A stretch of DNA of 64,000 nucleotides from an uncultured bacterium (lineage in GTDB: Bacteria; Omnitrophota; Omnitrophia; Omnitrophales; Danuiimicrobiaceae), in contig CAYJWM010000002.1 of NCBI GenBank assembly GCA_964373885.1, forward strand, positions 2,189 to 66,188, read 5' to 3'. Shown one piece after another: positions 8,156 through 17,842 of the stretch; the first letter of the stretch is position 1, and the number at the start of each line of letters is the position of its first letter. Under the pieces are notes generated by a model. The model made no database searches. It saw only the letters and a list, made by a program, of their open reading frames with translations, and was not told where the DNA came from. Made by a program: the position numbers and the translations under genes.

Positions 8156-9994
8156 ATGTGCGGCATTGTCGGCTATATCGGCGCGAAAGATACAAATCCT
8201 ATTCTGCTTAAAGCGCTTTCCCGGCTGGAATACCGCGGTTATGACTCCGCCGGCTTGGCGACGGTTTCAGATGCCGGCCTTACCCTCCTGAAGGCGCCCG
8301 GAAAAATTCACGTATTACAAAAACTAGCTGCCCGCAATCCTCTGCGCGGACATTTGGGAATAGGCCATACGCGCTGGGCCACTCACGGCGAGCCATCCGA
8401 ACGCAACGCCCATCCCCATGCGGATTGCACGGGAACCATCGCCGTGGTCCACAACGGCATTATTGAAAATCACGCTATTTTACGAAAGCGTTTGATCGAT
8501 TCGGGGCATCGTTTCAGCTCCGAAACGGACACCGAGGTGCTTTCGCATTTAATCGAGGAGTATTATTTAAAAGACAGTCGCGATTTGGAGCACTCCGTCC
8601 GCCTTGCATTGCAAGATCTGGAGGGAAGTTATGCGTTTTGTGTCGTGAGCGCCAAAGATCCGGATCGATTTATCGCGGCCCGGAACGCGAGCCCTTTGGT
8701 CGTGGGCCTGGGGGAGGGCGAGAATTTTATTGCTTCCGATGCGCCGGCCATTTTGGATTACACCCGCCGCATTATTTTTCTGGAAGATTATCAAACCGCC
8801 GTGGTTTCCCGAAACGGGGTGAAAGTGACCTCCCAAGAGGGAGAACCGGTAAAACCCACGGTCATCCAAGTCGATTGGAGCGAAAAAGACGCCACCAAGG
8901 ACGGGTTTGATCACTTCATGCTGAAGGAAATTGAAGAGCAGCCCAAAGTGATCGAACGGATGATCAAAACGCGCATTCAAGATTCATCGGATTTGGCGCT
9001 TTTCGACATTCTGAATTTCCCGGAAGACCGGTTGAAGCAAGTGAAACGCATCATGATTCAGGCCTGCGGCACGTCCTGGCATGCGGCGCTTACGGGAAAA
9101 TTTTTCTTTGAGGCCATTTCCGGCCTTCCGTGCGAAGTGGATGTTTCCTCCGAATTCAGATACCGGTCTTTTGTTCCGCCCGGGGACACTCTTCTTATTT
9201 CTATCACGCAGTCAGGGGAGACCATTGACACACTGATGGGTCTTCGCAGGGGAAAAGGGAACGGTTTAAAAACCATATCCATTTGCAATGTGCTTGGGAG
9301 CACCGTTGCCCGCGAATCGGACGCCGTTATTTATACCCAAGCGGGCCCCGAAATCGGCGTGGCTTCCACAAAGACATACACGGCCCAGCTTGGCATTTTG
9401 TTTTTGCTGAGTATTTACTGGGCGCGGCTTCGCAACCACTCGAACGGATTCGATTTGGACCGGCTGATCGCCGAGTTTAAAACCATTCCTGAGAAAATAT
9501 ATTCCATCATCCGGCAAAAGGAAAAAATCCGCTCCATTGCCGAATATTACTCCGATGCCCGCGACTTTTTGTTTTTAGCGCGCGGGATTCAATACCCGAA
9601 TGCGCACGAAGGCGCGCTTAAAATCAAAGAAATCGCCTATATTCACGCGACGGGCCATCCGGCCGGCGAGATGAAACACGGGCCGATCGCGCTGATCGAT
9701 GAACGCATGCCGGTCGTGGTGATCGCGACGGATTCAAGCATTTACGAAAAAATGGTTTCCAATATCCGTGAAGTGAAGGCGAGGGCCGGGAAGGTGATCG
9801 CGATTGCGACCGAAGGCAACGAATCCATCCGGGCGTTCGTCGACCATGTGATTTATGTTCCCAAAACGCATGAGCTTTTGTCTCCGTTGCTCGCCGCCCT
9901 CCCGCTTCAATATTTGGCCTATTTTGTGGCCGTCAGGCGTGGAACGGATATCGATCAACCCAGGAATTTGGCCAAATCCGTCACAGTGGAGTGA
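8156..9994 (+). CDS. glmS: Glutamine--fructose-6-phosphate aminotransferase (isomerising)
   Basis: 612 aa. N-terminal MCGIVGY is the Ntn Cys nucleophile. Two SIS domains follow, and the C-terminal end (KSVTVE) is canonical. Confidence 0.95.
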   Translation: MCGIVGYIGAKDTNPILLKALSRLEYRGYDSAGLATVSDAGLTLLKAPGKIHVLQKLAARNPLRGHLGIGHTRWATHGEPSERNAHPHADCTGTIAVVHNGIIENHAILRKRLIDSGHRFSSETDTEVLSHLIEEYYLKDSRDLEHSVRLALQDLEGSYAFCVVSAKDPDRFIAARNASPLVVGLGEGENFIASDAPAILDYTRRIIFLEDYQTAVVSRNGVKVTSQEGEPVKPTVIQVDWSEKDATKDGFDHFMLKEIEEQPKVIERMIKTRIQDSSDLALFDILNFPEDRLKQVKRIMIQACGTSWHAALTGKFFFEAISGLPCEVDVSSEFRYRSFVPPGDTLLISITQSGETIDTLMGLRRGKGNGLKTISICNVLGSTVARESDAVIYTQAGPEIGVASTKTYTAQLGILFLLSIYWARLRNHSNGFDLDRLIAEFKTIPEKIYSIIRQKEKIRSIAEYYSDARDFLFLARGIQYPNAHEGALKIKEIAYIHATGHPAGEMKHGPIALIDERMPVVVIATDSSIYEKMVSNIREVKARAGKVIAIATEGNESIRAFVDHVIYVPKTHELLSPLLAALPLQYLAYFVAVRRGTDIDQPRNLAKSVTVE

Positions 9995-10001
9995 AGAATT
10001 C

Positions 10002-11324
10002 ATGACCACTACTGCCTTGAGTGAACAAGAACTTTATCAAAAGATAAAAACCAAACACATTCGTTCCGGCATCATCGGACTCGGTTATGTGGGGCTTCCG
10101 CTTGCCGTGGAATTCGCAAGTGCCGGCGTGGAAGTGGTGGGAATCGATATAGACGGCAAAAAAACGGCACAGGCAAACAAGGGTATTTCCTATATTCAGG
10201 ACATTCCGGGCGAAACCGTTCAGGAGCTTGTACATCAGAAAAAACTTTCCGCCACCACGGACTTCAAAATCATCCGCGACTTGGACACGGTCAACATTTG
10301 CGTGCCCACACCGCTTCGGAAATCAAAGGACCCGGATATTTCTTATATTGTTTCCGCCGCCCAGGAAATTGCCAAATATCTTCACGAAGGAATGCTGATC
10401 ATACTGGAAAGCACGACTTATCCGGGCACGACGGAAGAAGTGATTCGCCCGCTGCTGGAAGAAACGGGTTTGAAAGTGGGGAAAGATTTCTTTCTCGCGT
10501 TTTCTCCGGAACGCGTGGATCCGGGCAATCCGCAGTTTAAAACCAGAAACATTCCGAAAGTGGTCGGCGGCGTGACGGCCGAATGCACGCGGCTGGCCAA
10601 GGCGTTTTATGAACTTGCCATTGATACCGTGCACACGGTTTCATCGCCCCGCGCCGCCGAAATGGTGAAGCTCCTTGAAAATACGTTTCGAAGCGTCAAT
10701 ATCGGCCTCGTCAATGAACTCTGCCAAATGAGTGAAAAGCTCGGGCTTGATATTTGGGAAGTGATCGATGCGGCCGCTACAAAACCGTTTGGTTTCATGC
10801 CGTTTTATCCGGGCCCCGGTCTCGGCGGGCATTGTATCCCGATTGATCCCCATTACTTGGCCTGGAAAGCGCGGGTAAACGGGTTTAACCCCAGATTTAT
10901 CGAGCTCGCCAGCGATGTGAACGCTCAAATGCCGGAATTTGTGGTCCGCAAAGCCCAAGCGGTTTTAAACGAGCGGGGAAAACCGCTGAAAGGTTCCCGC
11001 ATTTTAATTTTGGGTGTCACCTACAAAAAAAATGTGGCTGATATTCGCGAATCGCCGGCCCTTGAAATCATCGAATTACTCGAAAAAGGAGGCGCGGTCG
11101 TTTCCTATTGCGACCCATTCGTTCCGGAGCTTGCGCTCGGGCACAAAAGCCGTTGTTCGGTTTCACTTGATGCACCGGATCAAAAGCCCGATCTCGCTAT
11201 TTTAGTGACGGATCACGACCGGTTTGACCGCCAAGAAATCGTCAGCCGTTTTCCTCTGATTTTGGACACACGCCACGCGCTTCCCGCCATCCGTTCAAAT
11301 TCGGGAACGGTTGTGAGGATTTAG
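10002..11324 (+). CDS. UDP-N-acetyl-hexosamine 6-dehydrogenase (nucleotide-sugar dehydrogenase; WbpO/TviB/WecC-like)
   Basis: Start moved to ATG 10002, just after the glmS stop. NAD motif GIIGLGYVGLP and catalytic-Cys region GGHCIPIDP. It is paired with a WbpP/TviC-like epimerase. Confidence 0.8.
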   Translation: MTTTALSEQELYQKIKTKHIRSGIIGLGYVGLPLAVEFASAGVEVVGIDIDGKKTAQANKGISYIQDIPGETVQELVHQKKLSATTDFKIIRDLDTVNICVPTPLRKSKDPDISYIVSAAQEIAKYLHEGMLIILESTTYPGTTEEVIRPLLEETGLKVGKDFFLAFSPERVDPGNPQFKTRNIPKVVGGVTAECTRLAKAFYELAIDTVHTVSSPRAAEMVKLLENTFRSVNIGLVNELCQMSEKLGLDIWEVIDAAATKPFGFMPFYPGPGLGGHCIPIDPHYLAWKARVNGFNPRFIELASDVNAQMPEFVVRKAQAVLNERGKPLKGSRILILGVTYKKNVADIRESPALEIIELLEKGGAVVSYCDPFVPELALGHKSRCSVSLDAPDQKPDLAILVTDHDRFDRQEIVSRFPLILDTRHALPAIRSNSGTVVRI

Positions 11325-11335
11325 GGAGGGAAACG

Positions 11336-12103
11336 ATGCGTCAGGAAACCAAAGAGCATTCTTTAGATTATCCTACGGAATCACTCGTAACTGGTTTGCC
11401 ATCCGAAACAAATGGTTTAAGCGGATGGTATTTTCAACGACCGCCCCGGCTCGTGGTGTTTTTTTTCTCCGTTGCCTTGCTTCTCGGTTTATTGCACATC
11501 ATGGCTTTCGTGTGGGGAGAACAAGCCTGGCAATTCGAAAGAGCATTTTATCTGGGGAGAGAAAACAACGTGCCGACATGGTTTTCAAGCATTTTACTGT
11601 TTTTCGGAGGGCTTTTAGCTTTGGAGTTGGCATGGAATGTTGTGAACGCGAAGCGTTTTACACTATTTTTATTCGGCGGCATCTTGTTCTTCCTGTCGTG
11701 CGATGAAGTGGCATCCCTTCACGAAAGTGTTAATTCGGCATTAATACACCGTATCGTGCTGCCCGAAATGTTCATTGAGAAGTTTCCGGTGACACACTGG
11801 CCTATTTTTCTTGCCCCCCCTGTTTTAGCGGCAGGTTTTTTGGCACTGAAGCAGCTGCGTGCGGTTTTTCAGAGTTGCCCGGATGCGTTTTTGTTTCTTG
11901 TGTTTGGATGCGGCATGTTTATTCTCGGCGCGGTTGTCTTAGAGCTATTTGAGAACGTATTGATTGCAGATTCAGTTGTTTGGTGGCGTCCTTGGAACAC
12001 GTTTATTGAGGAATTGTTGGAGATGGCCGGAAGCATTTTCATTATTTGGGGTTTTTGTATTGCCAGGAGAAAATTCATGATTCCAAGAGCGGAGCTCACA
12101 TAG
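11336..12103 (+). CDS. Polytopic membrane protein, unknown function
   Basis: 255 aa with about 6 hydrophobic helices. I recognise no motif. Its stop directly abuts the next start. Confidence 0.45.
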   Translation: MRQETKEHSLDYPTESLVTGLPSETNGLSGWYFQRPPRLVVFFFSVALLLGLLHIMAFVWGEQAWQFERAFYLGRENNVPTWFSSILLFFGGLLALELAWNVVNAKRFTLFLFGGILFFLSCDEVASLHESVNSALIHRIVLPEMFIEKFPVTHWPIFLAPPVLAAGFLALKQLRAVFQSCPDAFLFLVFGCGMFILGAVVLELFENVLIADSVVWWRPWNTFIEELLEMAGSIFIIWGFCIARRKFMIPRAELT

Positions 12104-13963
12104 ATGCCCGGTTTAGTGGGTTGTGTCAGCCGTCAATCGTTGGACCGCAGTTTGCTCTCGGCCATGGCAAAACCCATGCTTCATCGGATCGATTATCAGG
12201 TCCATGAACATGCGGACGAGCATTTCATTTCCGCCGCAATTAATTTAGCTTCCGACCCGCAGAGCGCATTCATTCAGTCACCTGACGGCCGATACGCGGT
12301 CGTTTTCTTTGGCTCCCTTTATGAAACATGGGCCGGTTCGAAAGGGGAAATTCTCAGAAATCTTTTGAACCGCTGGAGAGGGGACGGTTGGCACGGTCTG
12401 GCGGATTTGAACGGCGAGTATTTGGTCATGGTCTGGGATTATTTAGAAAAGTCTTTGACCATTGTCAACGATCGTCTTGGGCTGCAGAAACTTTGCTATT
12501 GGACGGACGGTTCTTCATTTGCTTGGGCTTCTGAAGTGAAAGCTTTGGCGGTGATACCGCAAGTCAGCCGCACGGTTGACGAACATGCATTGTCGGAGCT
12601 TTTGACCTTCGGCCATTTGCAAGATGACCGCACGCTTTTCCGTGGCGTGAAGTTGATGCCGCCGGGAAGTTATCTTGAGTGGAAAAATGGAAATATTGTC
12701 ATTCATTCTTATTGGCAGTATGAACATCGGGCGGATCCCGCGCTTGAAAATGATGAAGCAGTTGTCCGGGAGTATGCCTCTCATGTGTTTCGTGCTGTTT
12801 CAAGGAGAATGGAAAAAAGCGGCCGCGCCGGACTTTTTCTAAGCGGCGGGCTTGATTCACGTACGCTTGCGGGCGTGATGCGGAAGGCAAGCCCGCACGG
12901 CGACATTTTGACATGGACAACAGGGCATGGCCACGATCATGACAGCCGTTATGCAAAGCAAATTGCAAATGCCATCGGTGCCAAACATACCTCTGTTGTG
13001 ATTCCGGAATCATTTCTTGAAGACCATGCTGCTGAATATGCCTGGATTTTGGACGGCGCCGTGACGGCGGACGGCTGCCACCGCGCTCTCTTGTGCAGTC
13101 CAGCGGAAGGAAAAGCGGATTTATTTTTTAACGGTTTTTTGGGCGATGTGCTGAGCGGCGGGAAACCTTTTGACAAGGTGTTGCATCTTACAAAGCTTGA
13201 TGATTTGGCAAAAACCGGGTTCGGTCTTTATGCCATGGGTTTTGACGATCTCGCTTTGTCCGAAATTTTTCGTCCGGCGATTTACGGACGCATTCGCGGC
13301 CTTGCTCGGGAAGCATTCCGGAAAACAATATGCAATGCCCGGGTGGAACACCCCGCGGACCGAGTGGTGCAAGCGGAATTAATTCAACGCCAGCGCCTTG
13401 GAAACCCGCGCATTCAAGTAGATTTTTTAAATGCCGGTTTACGGACGGCAACCCCTTTTACTGACAAGGATTTTATCGATTTCACGTTGCGGCTTCCCAT
13501 GAGTCAGCGGATTGGAAGAAAGGCATATACAAGCATGATCGTCCATGAGTTTCCGCATCTGGCCCGAATCTCAAGATCAGGGGATGGGCTTCCCCTTATT
13601 CATTCGCGTTTTCACGCTTCGCTTCATTGGCGCTGGGTCTTGTTCAAACGCCATGTGCTTCCCGAGCTGACGGGCGGGTGCTGGCAAGGACACAATTACG
13701 CGGCGTTTGTCCATTGCGGCGAGTGGTTCCGGAATTTTAATTGCAAATTTATCGAGCGTGAGCTTTTGGACAGCCCGTTTTTGGAAGAATATTTTCAAAT
13801 GGACGAACTGAACCGGTTGGTCCGCACGTTTTTGGATGACGAAACGCAGGAGCATTTGTATTCGGGAGTGGCATCGCTTTTGAGTTTTGTGCTGTTTCGG
13901 AAAAAATTAGACGAAGTCCCGGTTTATTCGGAAGGGAGAAAAATATTATGTGCGGCGTCGTAG
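12104..13963 (+). CDS. Asparagine-synthase-like ATP-dependent amide ligase lacking the N-terminal Cys nucleophile
   Basis: PP-loop LFLSGGLDSR. An Ntn-like N-domain is present (NDRLGLQKLCYW, FAWASEVKAL). The N-terminus is MPGLVGC rather than MCG. Confidence 0.75.
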   Translation: MPGLVGCVSRQSLDRSLLSAMAKPMLHRIDYQVHEHADEHFISAAINLASDPQSAFIQSPDGRYAVVFFGSLYETWAGSKGEILRNLLNRWRGDGWHGLADLNGEYLVMVWDYLEKSLTIVNDRLGLQKLCYWTDGSSFAWASEVKALAVIPQVSRTVDEHALSELLTFGHLQDDRTLFRGVKLMPPGSYLEWKNGNIVIHSYWQYEHRADPALENDEAVVREYASHVFRAVSRRMEKSGRAGLFLSGGLDSRTLAGVMRKASPHGDILTWTTGHGHDHDSRYAKQIANAIGAKHTSVVIPESFLEDHAAEYAWILDGAVTADGCHRALLCSPAEGKADLFFNGFLGDVLSGGKPFDKVLHLTKLDDLAKTGFGLYAMGFDDLALSEIFRPAIYGRIRGLAREAFRKTICNARVEHPADRVVQAELIQRQRLGNPRIQVDFLNAGLRTATPFTDKDFIDFTLRLPMSQRIGRKAYTSMIVHEFPHLARISRSGDGLPLIHSRFHASLHWRWVLFKRHVLPELTGGCWQGHNYAAFVHCGEWFRNFNCKFIERELLDSPFLEEYFQMDELNRLVRTFLDDETQEHLYSGVASLLSFVLFRKKLDEVPVYSEGRKILCAAS

Positions 13964-15894
13964 GTTTTTGGAATCGTGACGGCCAGATTGCAAGCGAAGT
14001 CCTGCTCGAGCGCATGCTTGAGCGCATCCGTCACCGGGGCCCGGATGACAAGGGAACGTGGGCCGAGGACGGAATCGGTCTGGGCCATGCGCGGCTGAGC
14101 ATTCTGGATTTGAGCGAGCGCGGTCATCAGCCATTTCTGACTCAAGACGGACTCGGTGCCATTTCCTACAACGGTGAAGTTTATAACTTCCGGGAACTCA
14201 GGAAAGATTTGGAAAAGGAAGGCGTGAAATTTAAAAGTACTTCGGATACCGAAGTCGTTCTCTATGCGCTTCACCATTGGGGTCCTGAGAAAGCGATTCC
14301 CCGCTTTGATGGAATGTTTGCCTTGGCTTATTTTGATTTACGAAGCCGAACCTTGTGGTTGAGCCGTGATCGCACAGGGATTAAGCCGCTTTATACGGCG
14401 CGCGCCGGCAATATGATCGCATTTGCATCCGAAATGAAAGCGTTCTTTGGTCATCCGGGGATTCCATGCCGGCCGGACCTTCATGCGCTTACCACGATGG
14501 TGATTCACGAGCGGTTAGATGGAAAATGGACCCCTTTTGAAAATGTGGAATGTGTCATCCCCGGCACGGTGGTGAGAATCACAAAGGATTGTGAGGAAGA
14601 AATCGTTTATTTTGATCTCCTGCGAGATCTCGATATCGACCGGATCATAAAGGGACGATCGATGCCATTTGAAGTTTTACTCGCGCAGTTCGAAGCGCTT
14701 TTCACGAAGAGCATAAACATGCATCTCATCAGTGACGCGCCGTTGGCCGCCATGTTGAGCGGCGGATTGGATTCATCTCTGATGCTGGCCATTGCAAGGC
14801 AGTATAAAAAAGACATTGTGGCTTATGTGGCGGACGTAAAGGGAGTCGGAATTCCAGAAACGCCAAAGGCGAGGAAGGTGGCTGACCATCTTGGGATTGA
14901 ACTTCGGCCTGTCAAAGTGGATGTCGAAGAGTACCTCCGCTTGTGGCCAATGGTCGTCTATCAAAACGACCAGCCCAATCACTTTTCCCAAAATGTTCCG
15001 TTTACCGCGGTTTCAAATGCAGCGCGGCGTGACGGATTTAAAGTTCTTCTGACGGGCGAGGGCTCGGATGAGCTTTTTGGTGGTTACGACTGGCTCGTTG
15101 AGTCATACAAGATGTGGCGTTGGCGGAGAATTCATTCACTTCTCATCCCCAATATCGCGCCCCTTCGTGCAATAGGCCGCTGGATGAAGAGACTTGCACC
15201 GCTTGACTTGAATGCTTTGGCCGAGAGGCCTTTTTCTCATCTTTCAAAATGGGAAGAAATAGATCAGGAAGAGCGCGCTTTATGTGCGGTTGATGGAGCT
15301 CAGCGCCATGTGCGTGAGAAAGCAATCTTTCAAAAGCTTGAGAGCATTAAGCCCGTTGAAGAGCGCGCTTTCCTGGCACATTCCTTCGAATCGTTTCACA
15401 TTCATTTGCGGACGCTCCTGGCCTGCAATGACAAAATGGGGATGGTTCAGTCCATTGAAGCCCGCGTCCCATTTCTAGAGACGGAGTTGATCGATTTTGC
15501 CCTCCACCTTCCTTGCAGCGCCAAGTTTTTTAAGGGCATGACCAAGCGCATTGTTAAGAAAGCGGCTGAAAAGATGCTGCCTCGCGATATCGTTCATGCG
15601 CCTAAGATCGGTTTTGCCGTGAATCCTCACGTGTGGAAAGGTGCAGAAGAACTTCTTAAGGGAGGAATGGTTCCGGAACTTTTCAAATGGGGTTCTTCAG
15701 AAATTCGGGGAATTTCAAGCATGCTCTTTAAGAATCCCTGGGTTGCTTTTCATATCTTGAGCGTTGAGCTTTGGGCACGGATTTATTTCCGCGGTGAATC
15801 GCCATCTGAATTAGGGGAAGCGCTTCTGAGAATGAATAAAAGGAATGGCAAGATACGGGGCATACCCCAAAGCGCGTTGCAAGGAGAATCGTAA
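13948..15894 (+). CDS. Asparagine synthase (glutamine-hydrolysing) family amidotransferase
   Basis: MCGVVGFW supplies Cys2. Other motifs: RGPDD, RDRTGIKPLY, FASEMKAF and PP-loop MLSGGLDSS. Good RBS (GGGAGAA). Confidence 0.9.
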   Translation: MCGVVGFWNRDGQIASEVLLERMLERIRHRGPDDKGTWAEDGIGLGHARLSILDLSERGHQPFLTQDGLGAISYNGEVYNFRELRKDLEKEGVKFKSTSDTEVVLYALHHWGPEKAIPRFDGMFALAYFDLRSRTLWLSRDRTGIKPLYTARAGNMIAFASEMKAFFGHPGIPCRPDLHALTTMVIHERLDGKWTPFENVECVIPGTVVRITKDCEEEIVYFDLLRDLDIDRIIKGRSMPFEVLLAQFEALFTKSINMHLISDAPLAAMLSGGLDSSLMLAIARQYKKDIVAYVADVKGVGIPETPKARKVADHLGIELRPVKVDVEEYLRLWPMVVYQNDQPNHFSQNVPFTAVSNAARRDGFKVLLTGEGSDELFGGYDWLVESYKMWRWRRIHSLLIPNIAPLRAIGRWMKRLAPLDLNALAERPFSHLSKWEEIDQEERALCAVDGAQRHVREKAIFQKLESIKPVEERAFLAHSFESFHIHLRTLLACNDKMGMVQSIEARVPFLETELIDFALHLPCSAKFFKGMTKRIVKKAAEKMLPRDIVHAPKIGFAVNPHVWKGAEELLKGGMVPELFKWGSSEIRGISSMLFKNPWVAFHILSVELWARIYFRGESPSELGEALLRMNKRNGKIRGIPQSALQGES

Positions 15895-15895
15895 A

Positions 15896-17842
15896 ATGGT
15901 TTTTGTTGTCACCAATCGGATTTTAAGTTATTTGCCGAATCCCGGGTCATCCGCCAGGGATGCTCATGGTGTGCGCATTTCATCGGCAGCTGTACGGCTC
16001 GGGCTTACGGTTTTTTGCAAGGAACCATTTGTGTTTGCTTGTTCTGAGATTGCTTCGTCCCTTCCTTCGGAAGGGACATTTAAAGGAATCCTATTTAGTC
16101 CTGACGCCGCCGGCGTCAGGGCTTCGGTCGCTTCGCGCCCTCGCAATGACGTTGTTGAAGCAATCCGGAACTCTCATTCCAATTCATTGACCAAAACAAT
16201 GGTTCTGGATGTTTTCCCTGGGACTTCCGCATCAGGCCGTCATTTGAATTTGAACATGAAACAATCCTCTTGGACCGAGTGGCATAAGCAAGCTGAAAAA
16301 GAAGCTCAATTTTACAATCTCCTTGAACTTACGGCCGAGAGCTTTCGACTTGAAAGTGATTCTTTGGGAATCAAGCCTCTTTATCGATCAGAGTTGTCTG
16401 GTGGGACAATATTTGCTTCCCGGCTGCGCGATTTAATTAGTATTTTCCCTGAACTTTCCAAACCCATTGATTCCGTCGCTTTATACGGACTTCTGATGCT
16501 GAGCAGTCCCCCGTCTGATCGAACGTTGCATGAGAAAATTCGTCGGACTTCGACCGGCGCTTGTTATGGATGGGATTCGCAGAACGGGCTCCGCATGACT
16601 CGTGAGCGCCGTTTGAAAGCGCCGAGTGTGGACGCCGATTTAGGCATGGAGCGTGCGCAGGATAGAATTCAAGCGGCATTGAGCTCAAGTTTGAACGCCA
16701 GGACCCAGTCGCTTAAACAACCCGTGATCCTCGCCCTGTCAGGGGGTTACGACTCCCGTCTGATCGCCGCATTTTCGAAAGAACTCGGCATTCCAATCAA
16801 TGCCTATACCTATGGTGAAGCACATCACCGCGAGGTTTATATTGCCAAACTTGTCGCTCAAACACTCAAACTTAATCACCGCGTGATTCCTTACGCTCAA
16901 AATAATTTGTTGTCCCGCTTACCTGTTTATTTGGAGACGGTTGAAGGACAGGCCGATTTAGGAACGGCACAAATTGCGAATATGCTTGATCTTGAAACTG
17001 AAGAAGGGTCCCCGCTTCTGATCGGCTTTTTGGGTGAAACGGTGGCGGGTGAGCATTTGGCTTGGTTAAAGGATTCGGACTTCGATGATTTTAACGGAAT
17101 TTCAGAAGGGATTGTGCGCGGATATGCGCATCGGCAGCAGCTCGACGGTCAACCGTTTACCGGAATGGAGCTTTCACGGGAGGCCTACAAAGAGGAAGTT
17201 TCGAAAGAACTGAGAAAGGACTGCCATCCTTACCAATCCTTGATGATTTGGGATTTGGAAAATCGCCAGCGACGCTATATTGGTGCTCATTGTCAAATGC
17301 TCGGTTCGCACTTCGATGTGATTGCTCCGAATTATGATTTGGAAGTGATTGACGCCTGGTTTTCTCTCCCGCGCATTCCGTTGATGAAAAGACGCTTCTT
17401 TCATCAATTGCTCGAACATTGCTTTCCGGACCTCGCCAAAATTCCGCATGCGGCCGAGCCCCATCCGATTATTCCTAATCTTAAGTATCAGCTCAAACTG
17501 TACGGTCGTTCTCAATTCAGCCGGTTGTTTGCAGCTTTCGGGCAGAATGGAAAACATCCGGATATTGACCGCCTCTGGTGTACGTTAACCGTCAAGCAGG
17601 AGGAACATATGGTTTCCCATGTGGTTCGATGTGGAGATAAATTGGAACGGATGTTTGGGATTCGCCCTGTGAGCGGGTTTGAAGGAATGGTTAGGGGAAA
17701 GCCGCAGGCAGTCAGAAATCTCTTCATGGTTGCCAAATATGCCGAATGGCTTCGCCGGGGGAAAACAGCCGTGCCAAGTTTGCCGCCCGCGACCAATTTG
17801 GAACTTGCCGGTTCGGGCATTTATTCGGGAGGGCATGCATGA
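15896..17842 (+). CDS. Asparagine-synthase-like protein with truncated/absent glutaminase domain (start uncertain)
   Basis: PP-loop LALSGGYDSR. Only the tail of the Ntn domain is recognisable (DSLGIKPLYRS, FASRLRDL). ATG 15896 has a strong AAGGAG RBS, but codons about 50-85 are a REP-like palindrome cluster. Alternative starts are 16199 and 16256. Confidence 0.6.
   Translation: MVFVVTNRILSYLPNPGSSARDAHGVRISSAAVRLGLTVFCKEPFVFACSEIASSLPSEGTFKGILFSPDAAGVRASVASRPRNDVVEAIRNSHSNSLTKTMVLDVFPGTSASGRHLNLNMKQSSWTEWHKQAEKEAQFYNLLELTAESFRLESDSLGIKPLYRSELSGGTIFASRLRDLISIFPELSKPIDSVALYGLLMLSSPPSDRTLHEKIRRTSTGACYGWDSQNGLRMTRERRLKAPSVDADLGMERAQDRIQAALSSSLNARTQSLKQPVILALSGGYDSRLIAAFSKELGIPINAYTYGEAHHREVYIAKLVAQTLKLNHRVIPYAQNNLLSRLPVYLETVEGQADLGTAQIANMLDLETEEGSPLLIGFLGETVAGEHLAWLKDSDFDDFNGISEGIVRGYAHRQQLDGQPFTGMELSREAYKEEVSKELRKDCHPYQSLMIWDLENRQRRYIGAHCQMLGSHFDVIAPNYDLEVIDAWFSLPRIPLMKRRFFHQLLEHCFPDLAKIPHAAEPHPIIPNLKYQLKLYGRSQFSRLFAAFGQNGKHPDIDRLWCTLTVKQEEHMVSHVVRCGDKLERMFGIRPVSGFEGMVRGKPQAVRNLFMVAKYAEWLRRGKTAVPSLPPATNLELAGSGIYSGGHA
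16051..16151. repeat. REP-like palindrome cluster inside the 5' part of the third AsnB-like ORF
   Basis: Two hairpins: gtcccttcc-ttc-ggaagggac (16057-16077) and cctgacgccg-c-cggcgtcagg (16100-16120). They are followed by gcttcggtcgcttcgcgccctcgcaatgacg. Confidence 0.65.

Noticed and set aside
9855-10001. Long N-terminal extensions in the ORF track. Examples are 9855, 17746, 21526, 24920, 34088, 39655, 40800, 49526 and 53587, all of which overlap the upstream gene.
   Set aside because: The extensions overlap the 3' ends of motif-supported genes in another frame, and their sequence is not protein-like. Internal ATGs that form ATGA-type overlaps, or that follow an RBS, give N-termini matching paralogues or signal peptides.
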